Assembly (NCBI RefSeq): GCF_009914755.1
Contig: NC_060930.1
Strand: one strand, 5' to 3'
Length of the DNA stretch: 64,000 bases
Origin: the human T2T-CHM13v2.0 reference genome, Homo sapiens
The notes beneath the pieces are model-generated. The model saw only the letters and a list, made by a program, of their open reading frames with translations, had not been told where the DNA came from and did not search any database. Shown one piece after another: positions 29,661 through 45,380 of the stretch (positions are counted from its first letter, which is position 1; the number at the start of each line of letters is the position of its first letter). The position numbers and the translations under genes are program-made.

Positions 29661-31769
29661 CCAGATAAATATCAAACTGGTGCTTCTTCTCTCTCTTTAT
29701 ATAGATGTAGTACAAAAAGTTGTGCTTTTTTTGTTTGTTATGCCATTTCAAATATGTTTTTTTGAATGTTATTAAGAAATTACTTCCAACTGTGGCCATG
29801 ATTCAAAAGTGGATACATTTGTGAGACTAACCGGAGATGGTGGTTGAAATAGCCGTTTTGAGAAAATCATTTTGTGATTTCTTTAGCATTAGCTTTTCAA
29901 AAATTATGATTTGATTCTGAGTTTTGCCATTAATCAAATTGGATAGAAAGAAAAATAATTCTCTGAAAGATATTTCAAGCTGTCACACCCCATTAAAGTT
30001 CCATAATGTCTGAGCAGGGGCATCAATAATTAATGCTTATTTATTTTAACAGACTCGTTGATGTGTATAATTGTGCCTAACTTCTGAATAAAATAGGGCT
30101 TCAGTTAAAATTATATAAAAACCTGAAAATTCTTTTAAAATTAAAATCAATATTATGCTGTTAATTTCTTAACTATTTCATTATTACTACAGTCCATAAA
30201 GATTAACTCAGGAAAGAATAAAAATCCTCCTTCTGCCTATTAAAAAGTGACATAGAAAAATCTTCAAATAAATTTTCATGCACAGTATGAGATTTAGAAA
30301 TGGATACATAAAATCTGAGTCCTTTATGGCTCCACAACCTTCAAGAATAAAATATTTTGCTGACAAGTTTCACAAATGGCATTAAAAAACAAAACAAAAC
30401 AAAATTAAAAACAAGTATCTGAATTCTTCATTTTCAATTTAATCTATCTTTCTCGCTTTTGTTTCTGCTGGATCAATATTTATTCTCAGACTTCTGAAAT
30501 AAAACCAGCCCATACAGATCTAAGTTCTTTTTCTTCTACTTTCTACAAATTGTTTTACCAATCCAGGCATACTGTTTCTCCAAGAGATTAAGGATGAACA
30601 TTACTGTGATCCAGAGGGAGTTCCTTTGCCATTCTACTTCTCGACTTTTGTAGAATCCACACTATGGAAAATAGATCCCGGTTAAGCATTTTTTTCTCCA
30701 GGGCTGTAAATTTCTCATGATTTCCCTGCAGTGCCACGGAGAATTCTGCTTTTCCCAAAGTGTGTTAGGGTAGAGATTCTCAACAGGACTCCTCCTTCTC
30801 GAATATATGACTTCAAGTAAGAGGATGAAACCTGTCACAAATTCTTACTTCTTGTTCTGAGTTTAAATCAACCTGCAAGTAGGTCTTGACCATAGAGAAA
30901 CATTAGGAAAAGCAACCGGATAATTCAGAATCAGAATTGAACAAAATTTCCCAGTATTACCTGAAGACTCAGATAATCAAAAAGATTATCTAAACCATTG
31001 GGACTGCATCCAATTAACTTTACTAGAGTACAGTGTCATAGAAAATGCCAGCCTAGAATTAGACCATACCCTAATATTTCACTAGGGCAGGTTTAGTAGA
31101 TGTAAAAGTTATTTAATATGAAGGAAAACTATAGGACAAAGAAATAAGAAAATGTATTTTCATATTTTTTTGGTTGTGAATGTATTATAATATAAAATTT
31201 ACTCTTAAATAATGTAGATTTCCAACACTACAATTATACTTAGCTACAGAAAAATCTTACCATTCAAAGCACAAATATTGATTGTGGAACTAAACTTGCT
31301 CTGAGCAGATATCATTTAAATGAGGTACCTCTAGTGGTTATCTCTGATACCCATGGTCAGAACAGTTGTATTTGAAAGAGATGTTTAATCCCCAAAGCTC
31401 TAAACAGTAAGACCAGAATCATAAGATTTACATTTTTTCTCAGTTGTTTTGGTGACCATGAGGGATGATTCAAATACTTCATTGTCTACGACAATTAGTT
31501 TTGTTGTTGTCTCAGAGGTCACTATTTACACATTAAATTCTAGAGTAAGTATATACTATGAAAATTTTTGTGAGTTGGCTTATAATCATAGGTTTTAACA
31601 GCTTCCTTAAATTAAAATTACATATCAGTAATAATTGGTTTTAATAAAATACATAAGCACGAATTGGCTGCCTCATGATACATGTTCAAATGTGGATGAC
31701 ATTACTGATCAATAAAATAATTTTAACTATCTGCTTCTGTACGATAATCAATATATTTTACACTTGAGA

Positions 31770-32025
31770 TATAGTATAGTGTAATGGTTAGATGGATAGA
31801 TTGTGGAGCCAGACTTTCTGGGCTGAAATCCTGGTGGCTACAGTTACCAGATGTGTGAACTTGGGAAAATTACTTAACCTTCATTGCCTCCGATTTCTTA
31901 TCTATAATAGGGGATATTATAATACATAATTTAAAGGGCGAATGTAAGGATTCAATAAGTTTAACATATGTAAATACTACAGTACTGGTTGGCACACAGC
32001 ATCCAAATAAGTATTAACTATTACA
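31770..32025 (+). mobile_element. MIR
   Basis: gtatagtgtaatggttag...ggagccagact...gtgaacttgggaaaattacttaacct. Confidence 0.75.
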
Positions 32026-32989
32026 ATTTCAATCAGTTCAGGGTGTCTGTGTGCTGCAGAAATATTTGGGGAAAGTTTATGCTGACATTTGATAAAACAT
32101 CTGGAAAATACTCTCCTTATAAGCACTTCCTTTAGGATTTTATATATAATACACACATATATGAAATATATATACTATATACATAGTATATACATATGTA
32201 TGTGTATGTATTCTTTATAAATGCTATAATAATGATGATAAAAAGAAACATAACATCTACTAATGGTACATTTTTGTCTATCAAGATTCTAAACATCTGA
32301 ATACTTGAAACTGTTCACTTTGACTGGAGATCTCAGTTTCACTTATGTATTTTTCTCTTCCCCTTTAGTCAAATTTTCTACAGTTCTCCTTTTTCTTTTA
32401 AAAAACACTTTAAAGTTATAATTGAATTTCACAATTTCAATTCAACCATAGCAAATATTCAATTTTCATTTGAAAAACAAAAATGTATATAAATTGTCAT
32501 GCCCACCCATGTTTCTGGTTTAAATACATTCCTACACAGTGACTTTTCTAGTCCCTTGCTCCTTATTCTGTGATTAAAATCCATGGGTTTGTTACTCTGG
32601 AGAAATTATAGAGAAATCCTTTGGATTTTTGAATTAATTTTTAAAAAGGTTTTCATTTGTTACAAAAAATGGATATACCCAGCTTGTAAAGCAGATGCCC
32701 TTGCCTTAAACTTTAATATAAGACCTTTCCATACCCCTTTGAATAAATCAAGACATGTTTTCCTGTTTCCTTTTTATTTAACAATTTTTTCCCTTGCTGA
32801 CTTTAGCCCTTAACTTATGGAAACCATTTAAAGTGAAGTTATTAGCAGTGCTTCCACAACTGGCCGCATATCAGAGTAACTGTATTGGCTGGCATATGTA
32901 GAAATTTTAGAAATACAGTGTCCTGAGATTCCTATGCCCTTGCCAAAGGCTCAATTCTTTTCTGTTTATACTGTGTCCCTAGATAGAAT

Positions 32990-34350
<1,361 letters not shown>

Positions 34351-34901
34351 GAAAACAAGCTCATCAGCCAAATTATATATAGTGTTTTATTTGTTCATTG
34401 CTTTTTTTTTCTTTTTTTTTTATATAACATCCCACCAAATAGAAACATTCTCTCTTTAGGAATAGTGTTCCGTGTAGATGTTGATTTCTTACTATGCAAT
34501 TTTACGGACATTGTCTTCCAATATTTCCGTAGACTAATTGGTCAGGACCTGATAGCCCTGTGATAATGCTGCACTCAGCATTCCTTGATGATGCTATATT
34601 AGCTTCCAGTGGCTGTTTGGTGCCTGGAAGGGAGTCTAGCATGTAACAGGGATCAATAATTGTTTGTTGACTATAAAGCAGTTAGAACAATATCTGATGT
34701 GTATATTAAATATCCCATTCAGTCAAGGTTATCTAGGGTGATATATTCAAGAAATATAATGCTAACTCATTTATGTGGTGATGGAGATCCGTGTTTAATG
34801 ATATTGATCATCAAATAGCCTGGATAAAGAGTATGTTCCCAGAAGAAAGAGATTTCTGAGACTGCTTTTATGTTATCCTTTACATTTCTATTTTTTGACT
34901 C

Positions 34902-35086
34902 TTTTTTTTTTGGCTTTTGGCTTTTGGGTCTCACTCTGTCACCCAGGCTGAAGTATAGTGGTGTGATCATGGCTCATTTTGGCCTCAAACTCTTGGGCTC
35001 AAGCAATCCTCCCATTTCAGTCTTTCCAGTCACTGGGATTAATGGTGTGTGCCACAAAACTTGGCTCTGTTTGATTTTTTTTTTTT
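34902..35086 (-). mobile_element. Partial AluJ/FRAM
   Basis: gtctcactctgtcacccaggctgaagtatagtggtgtgatcatggctca...ctcaagcaatcctccc. Confidence 0.8.
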
Positions 35087-35269
35087 GGTGGACCATATAT
35101 TTTACCAAAATATCTGAAATATTGTAAATGATATTTTTTGAAATATCGGAAAATATTTTTGGTATATTTTGGGGAAAAATACAAAACCAAAACAATCTAC
35201 CTATTTACCTTCTCGTGAACTTATGAAATCAAATATTTTAAGCCTTATTTTCCCCAAACCGTATATGAT

Positions 35270-35742
35270 TCTCTCAATAGTTGCAGAAAAATCTTCTGAT
35301 AAAATCCAACACCTCTTCATGTTAAAACCCTCAATAAACTAGGTATCCAAAGAACATACTTCAAAATAATAAAAGCCATTTATTTCAGTCCCACAGCCAA
35401 CATCATACCAAATAGGTAAAAGCTGGAAGCATTCCCTTTAAGAACTGGAATAAGACAAGAATTCTGACACTACTCTTATTCAACGTAGTACTGAAAATCC
35501 TAGCCAAATAAATCAGGCAAGAGAGAGAAATAAAAAGCATCCAGATAGGAAAAGAGGAGTCAAATTATGCTATGATTCTATGACTAGAAAACCCCAAAGA
35601 CTCTGCCAAAAGGCTTCTAGACCTGATAAAACAACTTAAGTCAAGTTTGAAGATACAAAATCAATGTAAAAAATCAATAGCATTTCTATACACCAATAAT
35701 GTTCAAGCTGAGAGCCAAATCAAGAATGTAATTCCCTTTAAA

Positions 35743-35789
<47 letters not shown>

Positions 35790-37556
35790 CTAGGAATACT
35801 TCTAACCAAGGAAGTGAAAGATTTCCACAAAAAGAACTACAAAGCACTGCTGAAAGAAATCATAGATGACACAAACAAATGGAAAAACCTTCCATGCTTA
35901 TGGATTGGAAGAATCAACAACATAAACAAAATATCTAAATTTTACCGCCTAAAGCAATCTACAGATTCAACACTATTCCTATTAAATTACCAACGTCATT
36001 TTACACAGAACTAGAAAAAATGATTCTAAAATTACACGGAACCAAAAAAGAGCCCAAATAGCCATAACAATCCTAAGCAAAAAGAGCAAAACTGGAAGCA
36101 TCACATTACTGGACTTCAAACTATGCTACAAGTCTACAGTAATCAAAACAGCAAGGTACTGGCACAAAAATAGGCACCTAGACCAATGGAACAGAATAAA
36201 GAACCCAGAAATAAAGCAGCATACCTAAACAACCAACTGATCTTGAACAAAGTCGACAAAAATAAGTAATGCAGAAAGGACTCCCTATTCCATAAATGGT
36301 CCTAGGAAAACTGGCTAACTATATTCAGAAGGATGAAACTTAACCCTTACCAAGCACCATATACAAAAATTAATTCAAGAAAGATTAAAGACTTAAATGT
36401 AAAGCCCCAAACTATAAAAATACTGGGGAAAAAACTCAGAAATACCCTTTTGGACATTGGCCTTGGCAAAGAACTTATGACCAAGTCCTCAAAAGCAATT
36501 GCAACACACAAAAAATTGACAAATGGGACCTAATTAAACCAAAGAGCTTCTGCACAGCAAAAGTACCTATCAACAGAATAAACAGACATCTTACAGAATG
36601 GGAGAAAATATTTGCAAACTATGCATCTGACAAAGGACTAATATCCAGAATCTATAAGGAACCTAAACAAATCAACAAGAGAAAAACAAATAACCCCATT
36701 AAAGAATGGGCAAAGAACATGAATGGACAATTCTCAAAAGAAGACATAAAAGCAGCTAACAAACATATAAAAAATGCTCGAACACTAATCATTAGAGAAA
36801 TGCCACTCAAAACCGCAATGAGATACCATCTTGCACTAGTCTGAATGGCTATTACTAAAAAGTAAAATAATGACAGATATTGATGAGGCTGCAGAGAAAA
36901 TGGAACACTTTTATACTGCTGGTGGGAATGTAGATTAGTTCAGCCACTATGGAAAGTAGTTTGGGAATTTCTCAAAGAACTGAAAATAGAATTACCATTC
37001 AACCTAGCAATTCCATCACTGGGTATGTGCCTCCCACCCAAATAAATTGTTCTACCCAAAAGACACATGCATTCACATGTTCATTGCAGCACTATTCACA
37101 ATTGCAAAGACATGGAATCAAGCTAGGTGCCCATTAATGGTGGATTGGATAAAGAAAATGTGGTACATATACAACATGGAATGCTACACAGCCATAAAAG
37201 AGAACGAAATAATGTCCTTTGAAGCAATATGGATGCAGCTGGAGGCCATTATCCTTAGCAAATTAATGCAGAAATAGAAAACCGAACACCACATCTTCTC
37301 ACTTGATTTAAAATTTAAGGAGATAAATCCTGGGTACATACAGACATAAAGATGGAAACAGTAGACACTAGGGATTCCAAAAGGAAGGAGAGGAGGAGAG
37401 GAGCAAGGACTGAAAAATTTCCTATTGTATACTATATTCACTGTCTGGGTGACAGGATTAATATAAGCCCAAACCTCAGCATCACACAATATACCCTTGT
37501 AATAAACCTGCCCATGTATCCCCCTGAATCTAAACTAAAAATAGAAATTTAAAAAA
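35270..37556 (+). mobile_element. L1 (older primate L1PA/PB), ORF2 RT and C-terminal part plus 3'UTR
   Basis: ORF fragments [52 protein letters not shown], ending in an L1 3' terminus. Confidence 0.92.
35745..35784 (+). repeat. (AC)20 microsatellite
   Basis: Perfect dinucleotide run. Confidence 0.97.
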
Positions 37557-37639
37557 CCCCTTTTTCATAGTAATCATAAAATATACACTTATGCAATTTA
37601 TGAAAATAATATAGTTTTACCTCTGTTCTTTTCACTGCA

Positions 37640-39290
37640 GCTTTGTGAAGGTATAATTAACAAGTAAAAATTGCATACACTTACTATGTGTATGATGTTT
37701 TGACATATGTATATATTGTGAAGTGATTACCACAAACCAGCTAATTAACCTATCCATCAGCTGACATATTTTTTCTTGTTTTGTGGTGAGAATATTTAAG
37801 ATGTACTCTCTTAACAAATTTCAAATATTAAATACTGTATTGTTAACTATATTCACCATGCTGCATATTAAATCCCCAGAACTTGTTCGCCTTATAACTG
37901 AAAGCTTGTACCTTCTGACCAACATCTCCCTATTTTCCCCTCCCCCAGCTTTTGGAAACCACCATTCTAATTCTATTCTCTGTTTCTGTGAATTCAGCTT
38001 TTTAAGATTTCATGTATAAGTGAGTTCATATCGTATTTGTCTTTCTCTGATTCATGTATTTTACTAAGCATAATGCCAACAAGGTTGATCCATGTTGTTG
38101 CAAGTGGCAGAATTTCCTTCTTTTTGATGGATGCTTGGTTTGTTTCCAAGTGTTGGCTAATGTGAATGATGCTACATTGAACACAAGAGTGCATATATCT
38201 CTTTGACATACTATTTTCGTTTCCTTTGGGTATATACCCAGCAGTGGGATTGCTGGATAAGATGGTAGCTCTAGTTTTGATTTTTGAGGAACCTCCATAC
38301 TGTTTTCTAAAATGGCTGTTCCAATTTACATTCCCACCAGTAGTGCATAAGGATTCCCTTTCTTTCTGAATCCTTGCCAATACTTGTTATCTCGTCTCGA
38401 TAATAGCCATCCTAACATGTTGGCTGATCTCATTGGGGTTTTAATTTTCATTTCTCTCATGAATAGTGCTGTTGAGCATTATCATTATTTCACGTATCTG
38501 TTGGCCATATGTATGTCTTCTATTGAGAAATGTCAGCTCAGGTCCTTTGGCCGTTTAAAAATCAATTTATTGTATTATTTTTGCTATGGAGTTGTTTGAA
38601 TTCCTTGTATTTTTTGGATATTAACTCCTTATCAGATTTGTGAGTTACGTAAGATAATGGTTCAATTTTATTATTTTGCATATAGATACTAAGTTTTCCC
38701 AGCACCATTTATTGAATCAAGTATCCTTTCTCCTGTATATTCTTGACACATTTGTCAAATATTAGTTAGTTGACCATATATGTGAGGATTTATTTTTGGG
38801 GACTTGATTCTGTTCCATTGGTTTGTGTGTCTGCTTTTATGCCAGTATCATACAGTTTTGATTCTTATGGTTCTGTAATATGGTTTCAAGTCAGGAAATG
38901 TGATGCCTCAGCTTTTCTGTTGTTGTTGTTCAAGTTGTTTTGGCTATTTATGTTTTTTTGTGGTTCCATACATATTTTAGAATTTTTCCTCCAATGCTGT
39001 GAAAAATATCATTAGAGTTTTGATAAGAATTGCATTGAATCTGTCAATTACTTTGGGTATTATGGACATTTTAGTAGTATTAATTCTTCTATTCCATGAG
39101 CATGAAATATTTTAAACATTTATTTGTATTTTCTTCAATTTATTTCATCAATATTTTATAGTTTTAAGTGTAAAGATTAATCACTTCCAGGGTTAAATTT
39201 ATTTCTAAATATTTTATTCATTTTGATGATACTGTAAATGGCATTTGTTTTTCCAGATAATTCAGTGTTACTGTACAGAAACACAATTAT
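37640..39290 (-). mobile_element. L1MA-like element
   Basis: Antisense L1 3'UTR and ORF2 fragments ([17 protein letters not shown]). Confidence 0.85.
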
Positions 39291-39293
39291 TTT

Positions 39294-39372
39294 ATGGCAC
39301 ATGTATACATATGTAACTAACCTGCACAATGTGCACATGTACCCTAAAACTTAAAGTATAATAAAAAAAAAA
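39294..39372 (+). mobile_element. Extremely 5'-truncated young L1 (L1PA2/L1Hs-like) with TSD
   Basis: atggcacatgtatacatatgtaactaacctgcacaatgtgcacatgtaccctaaaacttaaagtataataAn flanked by agaaac(ac)aattatttt. Confidence 0.88.
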
Positions 39373-39384
39373 GAAACAATTATT

Positions 39385-41278
39385 TTTTCCATTGACAAAT
39401 AAAAATTGTATTTCTTTACAGTATACAATCATGGTGTTTTGATATATGAATACATTGTGGAATGGCTAAGTTAAGCTATTTAACATATTTATTACCTCCT
39501 TTTTTGTGATGAGAATATTTAAAATATAATATTTTGGCAATTTTTAAGAATACAATATATTGTTATTAAGTATGGCCATCATGATGTACAATAGATCACT
39601 TGAATTTATTCCTCCTAACTGAAATTTTGTATCCTTTCACTAAGATCTGTCTGTATTCCCCACCCCCCAGCCTCTGGTAAGCACCATCTTACTCCGTTTC
39701 TGTCAGTTTAACTGTTTTAGATTCCATTTGTTTCTCTGTGTCTCACTTATTTCACTTAATGTCCTCCAGGAAATACATGTTATAATTAATGGCAAGCTTT
39801 CTTTCTTTTTTAAAATTACTGAATAGTATTCTATAGTGTATATAAACCACATCTTCTTTATCCATTTTTTGTTGATGGACACTTAGGTTGATTTTTGCTA
39901 TTGTGTATATTTTTGCTATTGTGTATATTTTTGCTATTGTGTATAATGCTGCAATGAACATGGGAGTGAGATATCTTTTCAAATAAGGCTTTCTTTGGGT
40001 ATATATCCAGAACTGGGATTCCTGGATCATATGATATTTCTATTTTTAATTTTTTGAGGAACCCCCTTACTATTTTCCATAAAGGCTATACTAATTTATA
40101 TTTCCACCAATAGAGTGCAAGGGTTTTCTTTCTCTGCATCCTCTCCAACATTATCTTTTATTTTTTTTGATAATAGCCATTCTAACATGTGTGAGGTGAT
40201 CTCACTGTGGTTTTAATTTGCATTTTTCTAATGATTGGTGATGTTGAGCATTTTTTATATACCTGGCCATGTCTTTGAGAAATGTCTATTCAATCATTTG
40301 TCCAATTTTTCATTGGGCTGTTAGTTTTCTTACTACTGAGTTGTTTGAGTTCCTTATTTATTTTGCATATTAAACACATCAGATGTATGGTTTGCAAATA
40401 TTTTCTACTAATATTTCTTTGGGTTGTCTATTCACTCTGTTGATTGTTTCCTTTTCTGTGCAGAAGCTTTTTAGTTTGATGTAATTCTATTTGTCTATCT
40501 TTATTTTTGTTGCGTGTGCTTTGAGGATCACCTAAAAAAACCATTGCTCAGGCCAATGTCATGGAGGTTTTCCCCTATGTTTTCTTCTTGTAGTTTTGAA
40601 GTTTATGGCATTATGTCTAACCTTTTAGTTAATTTTGAGTTGAGTTTCGTAGGTGGTGTGAGATGAGGGTCTAATTTCATTCTTCTGCAGGTGGACATCC
40701 AGTTTTCCAAACACCATTCATTAAAGAGACTGTTCTTTTCTCATTATGTGTTTTTGGCACTTTTGTTGAAAATCAGTTGGCTGTAAATACTTGGATTTAT
40801 TTCTAGGTTCCTTATTCTATTGTATTGGTCTATGTGTCTCTTTTTATGCCAGTACCATACTGTTTTTATTACCATAGCTTTGTAGTATATTTTCAAATTA
40901 AGTACTATAATGCCTTCAGCTTTGTTCTTCTTGCTCAAGATTGCTTTGTCTGTTTAGAGTCTTTTGTGATTCCACATAAATTTTAAGATTGTTTCTCTAT
41001 TTCTACGAAAAATGTCATTGGAATTTTGATAAGAACTGTATTGAATTTATTGATTATTTTGGGTAGTATGAACATTTTAGCAGTTTTAGTTCTTCCAATC
41101 CATGAACAAGGAATTTTTTCATTTATCGTCTTCAATTTCTTTTACCAATGCCTTACAGATTTCACTATACATATCTTTCACCTCTTTGGTTTAATTTATG
41201 CCTGAGCATTTTCATGTTTTGAAAATAGGATTGTTTTATTGATTCTTTTAAAAATAGTTTGTTGTTAGTGTAACACTA
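39385..41278 (-). mobile_element. L1MA-like element (resumes at ~45385-45830)
   Basis: Antisense L1 3'UTR and ORF2 ([18 protein letters not shown]). The continuation after the L1PA insertion encodes [19 protein letters not shown]. Confidence 0.85.
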
Positions 41279-41279
41279 C

Positions 41280-44200
41280 TTTTTTAAAAAAATATAAATT
41301 AAGTTCTAGGATACACGTGCAGAACATGCAGGTTTGTTACACAGGTATAAATGTGCCTTGGTGGTTTGTTGCACTGATCAACCCATCATCTACATTAGGT
41401 GTCTCTCCTAATGCTAGCCCTCTCCTAGCCTCCCACCCACTGACAAGCCCCAGTGTGTGATGTTCTCCTCCCTGTGTCCATGTGTTCTCATTATTCAACT
41501 CCAACTTATAAGTGAGAACATGCGGTGTTTGATTTTCCGTTCCTGCGTTAGTTTGCTGAGAATGATGGTTTCCAGCTTCATCCATGTCCCTGCAAAGGAC
41601 ATGAACTCATCATTTTTTATGGGTGCATAGTATTCCATGGTGCTTATGTACCACATTTTCTTTATCCAGTTTATCATTGTTGGGCATTTGGGTTGGTTCC
41701 AAGTCTTTGCTATTGTGAACAGTGCTGCAATAGACAAACGTGTGCATGTGTCTTTATAGTAGCATGATTTATAATCCTTTGGGTATATACCCAGTAATGG
41801 GATAGCATGATTTATAATCCTTTAGGTATATACCCAGTAATGGGATTGCTGGGTCAAATGGTATTTCTGGTTCTAGATCCTTGAGGAATCGCCACACTGT
41901 CTTCTACAATGGTTGAACTAATTTACACTCCCACCAACATCGTAAAAGTGTTCCTATTTCTCCACATCTTCTCCAGCATCTGTTGTTTCCTGACTTTTTA
42001 ATGATCACCATTCTAACTGGTGTGAGATGGTATCTCATTATGGTTTTGATTTGCATTTCTCTAATGACCAGTGATAATGAACTTTTTTTCATATGTTTGT
42101 TGGGCACATAAATGTCTTCTTTTGAGAAGTGTCTGTTTATATCCTTTGCCCACTTTTTGATAGGGTTGTTTGGTTTTTTTCTTGTAAATTTAAGATACTT
42201 GTAGATTCTGGATATTAGCCCTTTGTCAGATGGATAGATTGCAAAAATTTTCTCCCATTCTTTAGGTTGCTTGTTCATTCTGATGATAGTTTCTTTTGCT
42301 ATGCAGATGTTCTTTAGTTTAATTAGATCCCATTTGTTGATTTTGGCTTTTGTTGCCTTTGCTTTTGGTGTTTTACACATGAAGTCTTTGCCCATGCCTA
42401 TGTCCTGAATGGTATTTCCCAGTTTTCTTGTAGGATTTTTATGGTTTTAGGTCTTACATTTAAGTCTTTAATCCATCTTGAGATAATTTTTGTATAAGGC
42501 GTAAGGAAGGGTCCAGTTTCTGTTTTCTGCATATGGCTAGCCAGTTTTCCCAACACCATTTATTGAATAGGGAATCCCTTCCCCATTGCTTGTTTTTGTG
42601 AGGTTTGTCAAAATCAGATGGTTGCAGATGTGTGGTGTTATTTCTGAGGCCTCTCTTCTGTTCCATTGCTCTATATATTTGTTTTGGTACCAGTACCATG
42701 CTGTTTTGGTTACTGTAGCCTTGTAGTATAGTTTGAAGTCAGATAGCGTGATGCCTCCAGCTTTGTTCTTTTTGCTTAGAATTGTGTTGGCTATACAGGC
42801 TCTTTTTTGGTGCCATGTGAAATTTAAAGTAGTTTTTCTAATTCTGCGAAGAAAGTTAATGGTAGCTTGATTGGGATAGCATTGAATCTATAAATTCCTT
42901 TGGGCAGTATGGCCATTTTCACGATATTGATTCTTCCTATCCATGAACATGGAATGTTTTTCCATTTGTTTGTGTCTTCTCTCATTTCCTTGAGCAGTGG
43001 TTTGTAGTTCTCCTTGAAGAGGTCCTTCACATCCCTTGTAAATTGTACTCCTAGGTATTTTATTCTCTTTGTAGCAATTGTGAATGAGAGTTCACTCATG
43101 ATTTGGCTATTTGTTTGTCTATTACTGGTGTATAAGAATGCTTGTGATTTTTGCATGTTGATTTTGTATCCTGAGAGTTTGCTGAAGTTGCTTATCAGCT
43201 TAAGGAGATTTTGGGCTGAGACGATGGGGTTTTCTAAATATGTAATCATGTCACCTGCAAACAGAGACAATTTGACATCCTTTCTTCCTATCTGAATACC
43301 CCTTATTTCTTTCTCTTGCTTGATTGTCCTGGCCAGAACTTCCAATACTATGTTGAGTAGGCATGGTGAGAAAGGGCATCTTTGTCTTGTGCTGGTTTTC
43401 CAAGAAAATGCTTCCAGCTCTTGCCTATTCAGAATGATACTGGCTGTGGGTTTGTCATAAACAGCTCTTATTATTTTGAAATATGTTCCATCAATACCTA
43501 GTTTATTGAGTGTTTGTAGCATGAAGGGGTGTTCAATTTTATTGAAGGCCTTTTCTGCATTTATTGAGATAATCATGTGGTTTTTGTCGTTGGTTCTGTT
43601 TATCTGATGGATTACGTTTATTGATTTGTGTATGTTGAACCAGCCTTACATCCCAGGGATGAAGCTGACTAGCTCATGGTGAATAAGCTTTTTGATGTGC
43701 TGTTGAATTGTTTGCTAGTATTTTATTGAAGATTTTCACATCAATGTCCATCAGGGATATTGGCCTGAAATTTTCTTTTTTGTTGTTGTTGTGTCTCTGC
43801 CCTGTTTTGGTATCAAGATGATGCTGACTTCATAAAATGAGTTAGGGAGGAGTCCCTCTTTTTCTATAGTTTGGAATAGTTTCAGAAGGAATGATACCAG
43901 GTCATCTTAGTACCTCTGGTAGAATTTGGCTGTGAATCTGTGTGGTCCTGGAATTTTTTTGGTTGGTAAGCTGCTAATTATTGCCTCAATTTCAGAGCCT
44001 GTTATTGGTCTATTCAGAGATTCAACTTCTTCCTGGTTTAGTCTTGGGAGGGTGTATGTGTCCAGAAGTTTATCAATTTCTTCTAGATTTTCTGGTTTAT
44101 TTGCGTAGTGGTGTTTATAATATTCTCTGATGGTAGTTTGTATTTCTGTGAGATCAGTGGTGATATCTCTTTATCGTTTTTTGTTGTGTCTGATTCTTCT

Positions 44201-45380
44201 CTCTTTTCTCCCTTTTCATAAAGCATTTCATGGATTCATTGACTTTTTGAAGGGTTTTTTGTGTCTGTATCTCCTTCAATTTTGCTCTGATTTTAGTTAT
44301 TTCTTGTCTTCTGCTAGCTTTTGAATTTGTTTGCTCTTGCTTCTCTAGTTCTTCTAATTGTGATGTTAAGGTGTCAGTTTTAGATCTTTTCCTCTTTCTG
44401 ATGTTGGCATTCAGTGCTATAAATTTTCCTCTAAACACTGCTCTAGCTGTGTCCCAGAGATTCTAGTACATTGTGTCTTTGTTCTCATTGGTTTCAAAGA
44501 ACTTCTTTATTTCTGCCTTAATTTTGTTATTTACCCAGTAGTCATTCAGGAGCAGGTTGTTCAGTTTCCATGTAGTTGTGTAGTTTTGAGTGAGTTTCTT
44601 AATCTTGAGTTCTAATTTGATTGCACTGTGGTCTGAGAGACTGTTTTTTATGATTTCTCTTTTGCATTTGCTGAGGAGTGTCTTACTCCCAATTATGTGG
44701 CCAATTTTAGATTAAGTGTAATGTGGTTCTGAGAAGAATGCATATTCTGCTGATTAGGGGTGAAGAGTTCTGTAGATGTCTATTAGGTCTGCTTGGTCCA
44801 GAGCTGAGTTCAAGTTCTGAATATCCTTATTAATTTTCTGTCTCACTGATCTGTCTAATATTGACAGTGGGGTGTTAAAGTCTCCCACTATTATTGTGCA
44901 GGAGTCTGAGTCTCTTTGTAGGTCTCTAAGAACTTGCTTTATGAAACTGGGTGCACTTGTATTGGGTGCGTATATATTTAGGATAGTTAGCTCTTCTCGT
45001 TGCACTGATCCCTTTACCGTTATGTAATTCCCTTCTTTGTCTTTTTTGATTTAAAGTCTGTTTTATCAGAGACTAGGATTGCTACTGCTGCTTTTTTTTT
45101 TTTTTGGCTTTCCATTTGCTTGGTAAATATTCCTCCATCCCTTTATTTTGAGCCTGTGTGTGTCTTTGCACATGAGATGGGTCTCCTGAATACAGCACAC
45201 TGATGGGTCTTGACTCTTTATCCAATTTATCAGTATGTGTCTTTTAATTGGAGCATTTAGCCCATTTATATTTAAGGTTAATATTGTTATGTGTGAATTT
45301 GATCATGTCATTATGATGCTAGCTGGTTATTTTGCCTGTTAGTTGATGCAGTTTCTTCATAATGTCAATAGTCTTTACAA
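41280..45380 (-). mobile_element. L1PA (PA7/8-like) ~4.1 kb, nearly complete decayed ORF2 plus 3'UTR
   Basis: ORF2 fragments covering endonuclease (ELTILNIYAPNT..IVGDFNTPLS), RT (SLFAGDM, degenerate FADD) and Cys-rich C-terminus (RCWRRCGE). Confidence 0.95.

Noticed and set aside
35090-35185. AT-rich quasi-palindromic stretch
   Set aside because: Low-complexity aaatat reiteration next to an Alu linker, with no specific structure supported.
39891-41845. Short direct repeats as a CRISPR-like array
   Set aside because: Head-to-tail duplications without spacers inside L1, in human DNA.
42824-43576. 250-aa reverse-transcriptase ORF as an active or novel RT system
   Set aside because: Ordinary decayed L1 ORF2 with a mutated catalytic motif (FAGDM) and flanking stops and frameshifts.
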